Below, piece after piece: positions 31,624-32,000 of a stretch of 32,000 nucleotides of DNA (positions within the stretch are counted from its first letter, which is position 1; the number at the start of each line of letters is the position of its first letter). The stretch is from NCBI GenBank assembly GCA_001761425.1, contig CP012986.1, positions 600,001 to 632,000 of the forward strand, given 5' to 3'. This DNA is from Candidatus Saccharimonadota bacterium. Its GTDB lineage: Archaea > Nanohalarchaeota > Nanosalinia > Nanosalinales > Nanosalinaceae. Below the pieces are notes generated by a model that did not search any database, was not told the origin of the DNA, and worked only from the letters and a program-made list of their open reading frames with translations. The position numbers and the translations under genes are program-made.

Positions 31624-32000
31624 ATGTCATCTAGTATTCAGGAGTTGCTGGCGGATGGTGAGCAGGTTCAGGTAAGGACCAGTCCATCCATCATGGATTC
31701 GAGTTTTGTAAAGAGCTATGTTGTTGCCTCTGTACTGGCGATAGGCATCTTTGTGACTTCTGTCCTGCCTATCCAGTTGCCGTTCAATAGCCTCTACTTG
31801 AACGTTTTGCTGGTTCTCCCTCTTGGTATTGTTTTGAAGTCGGAGGTTGAGAGAAGGTTTATCAAGTACTTTGTCACCAGTCAGAAAGTTATCGAGAGAA
31901 GAGGAATGCTTAGTCAGACGACGGAAAGCACGATGTATGAAAATATTACAGATGTCAAGCTGAGTAAAGATATCAACGAAAGACTTTTCGACGTCGGAGA
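31624..32000 (+). CDS. Membrane protein with bacterial-type PH domain (bPH_2/YdbS-YdbT-like), partial
   Basis: My translation is MSSSIQELLADGEQVQVRTSPS...(two TM helices)...RRFIKYFVTSQKVIERRGMLSQTTESTMYENITDVKLSKDINERLFDVG. It fits the bPH_2 pattern (Y.vT..ri....G.......i.y..I.dv). The ORF is open at the window end. Confidence 0.65.
   Translation, partial: MSSSIQELLADGEQVQVRTSPSIMDSSFVKSYVVASVLAIGIFVTSVLPIQLPFNSLYLNVLLVLPLGIVLKSEVERRFIKYFVTSQKVIERRGMLSQTTESTMYENITDVKLSKDINERLFDVG

Noticed and set aside
1-32000. AGGCCT as a Chi-like recombination hotspot for the AddAB-like enzyme
   Set aside because: Known Chi sites are asymmetric and strand-oriented. A perfect palindrome cannot encode orientation, so a Chi role is unlikely, though it is not formally excluded.
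1-32000. CRISPR arrays, rRNA genes, IS elements, transposases, integrases or prophage blocks
   Set aside because: I found no regularly spaced direct repeats with spacers, no transposase or integrase-like ORF, and no terminal inverted repeats. The only repeats are the tRNA-end fragments and the dispersed AGGCCT hexamer.

Overview
The window looks like an archaeal chromosomal segment, probably from a halophile with a small genome, possibly Nanohaloarchaeota-like. That placement is an inference from four things: very acidic predicted proteins, an Orc1/Cdc6 gene, an intron-containing tRNA, and TATA-like boxes about 25-30 nt upstream of many start codons, which suggests leaderless mRNAs. I support about 35 protein genes, one tRNA and two candidate ncRNAs. 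I see no CRISPR array, rRNA, transposase or integrase.

The gene content is rich in DNA-end processing and replication functions:
- a KaiC/RadA-like ATPase (partial)
- a VRR-NUC nuclease
- an Mre11-like plus Rad50-like operon
- an AddB-like plus AddA-like helicase-nuclease pair
- Orc1/Cdc6 translationally coupled to a DUF123 GIY-YIG nuclease

Housekeeping genes include acyP, csp, folC, an aldo/keto reductase, a DJ-1/PfpI protein, an AI-2E permease, DUF502 and an SPFH protein.

The observations most worth a second look are:
1. The palindrome AGGCCT is massively over-represented: about 140 copies by manual count against roughly 6 expected. It occurs in all codon phases and in intergenic DNA.
2. 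The Rad50-like ATPase has a hydrophobic helical hairpin in its coiled coil where a zinc hook would be.
3. A soluble FtsH-like AAA-metalloprotease is clustered with a VRR-NUC/AbrB fusion and an SPFH protein.
4. An AddAB-like module sits in an archaeal context.
5. Two intergenic loci share a conserved hairpin-plus-core motif, which makes them candidate ncRNAs.
6. A HAD phosphatase is frameshifted at an A6 run.
7. Degenerate copies of the tRNA-Ala 3' end lie just downstream of the tRNA.

All calls come from reading the sequence and ORF translations. No database search was run.
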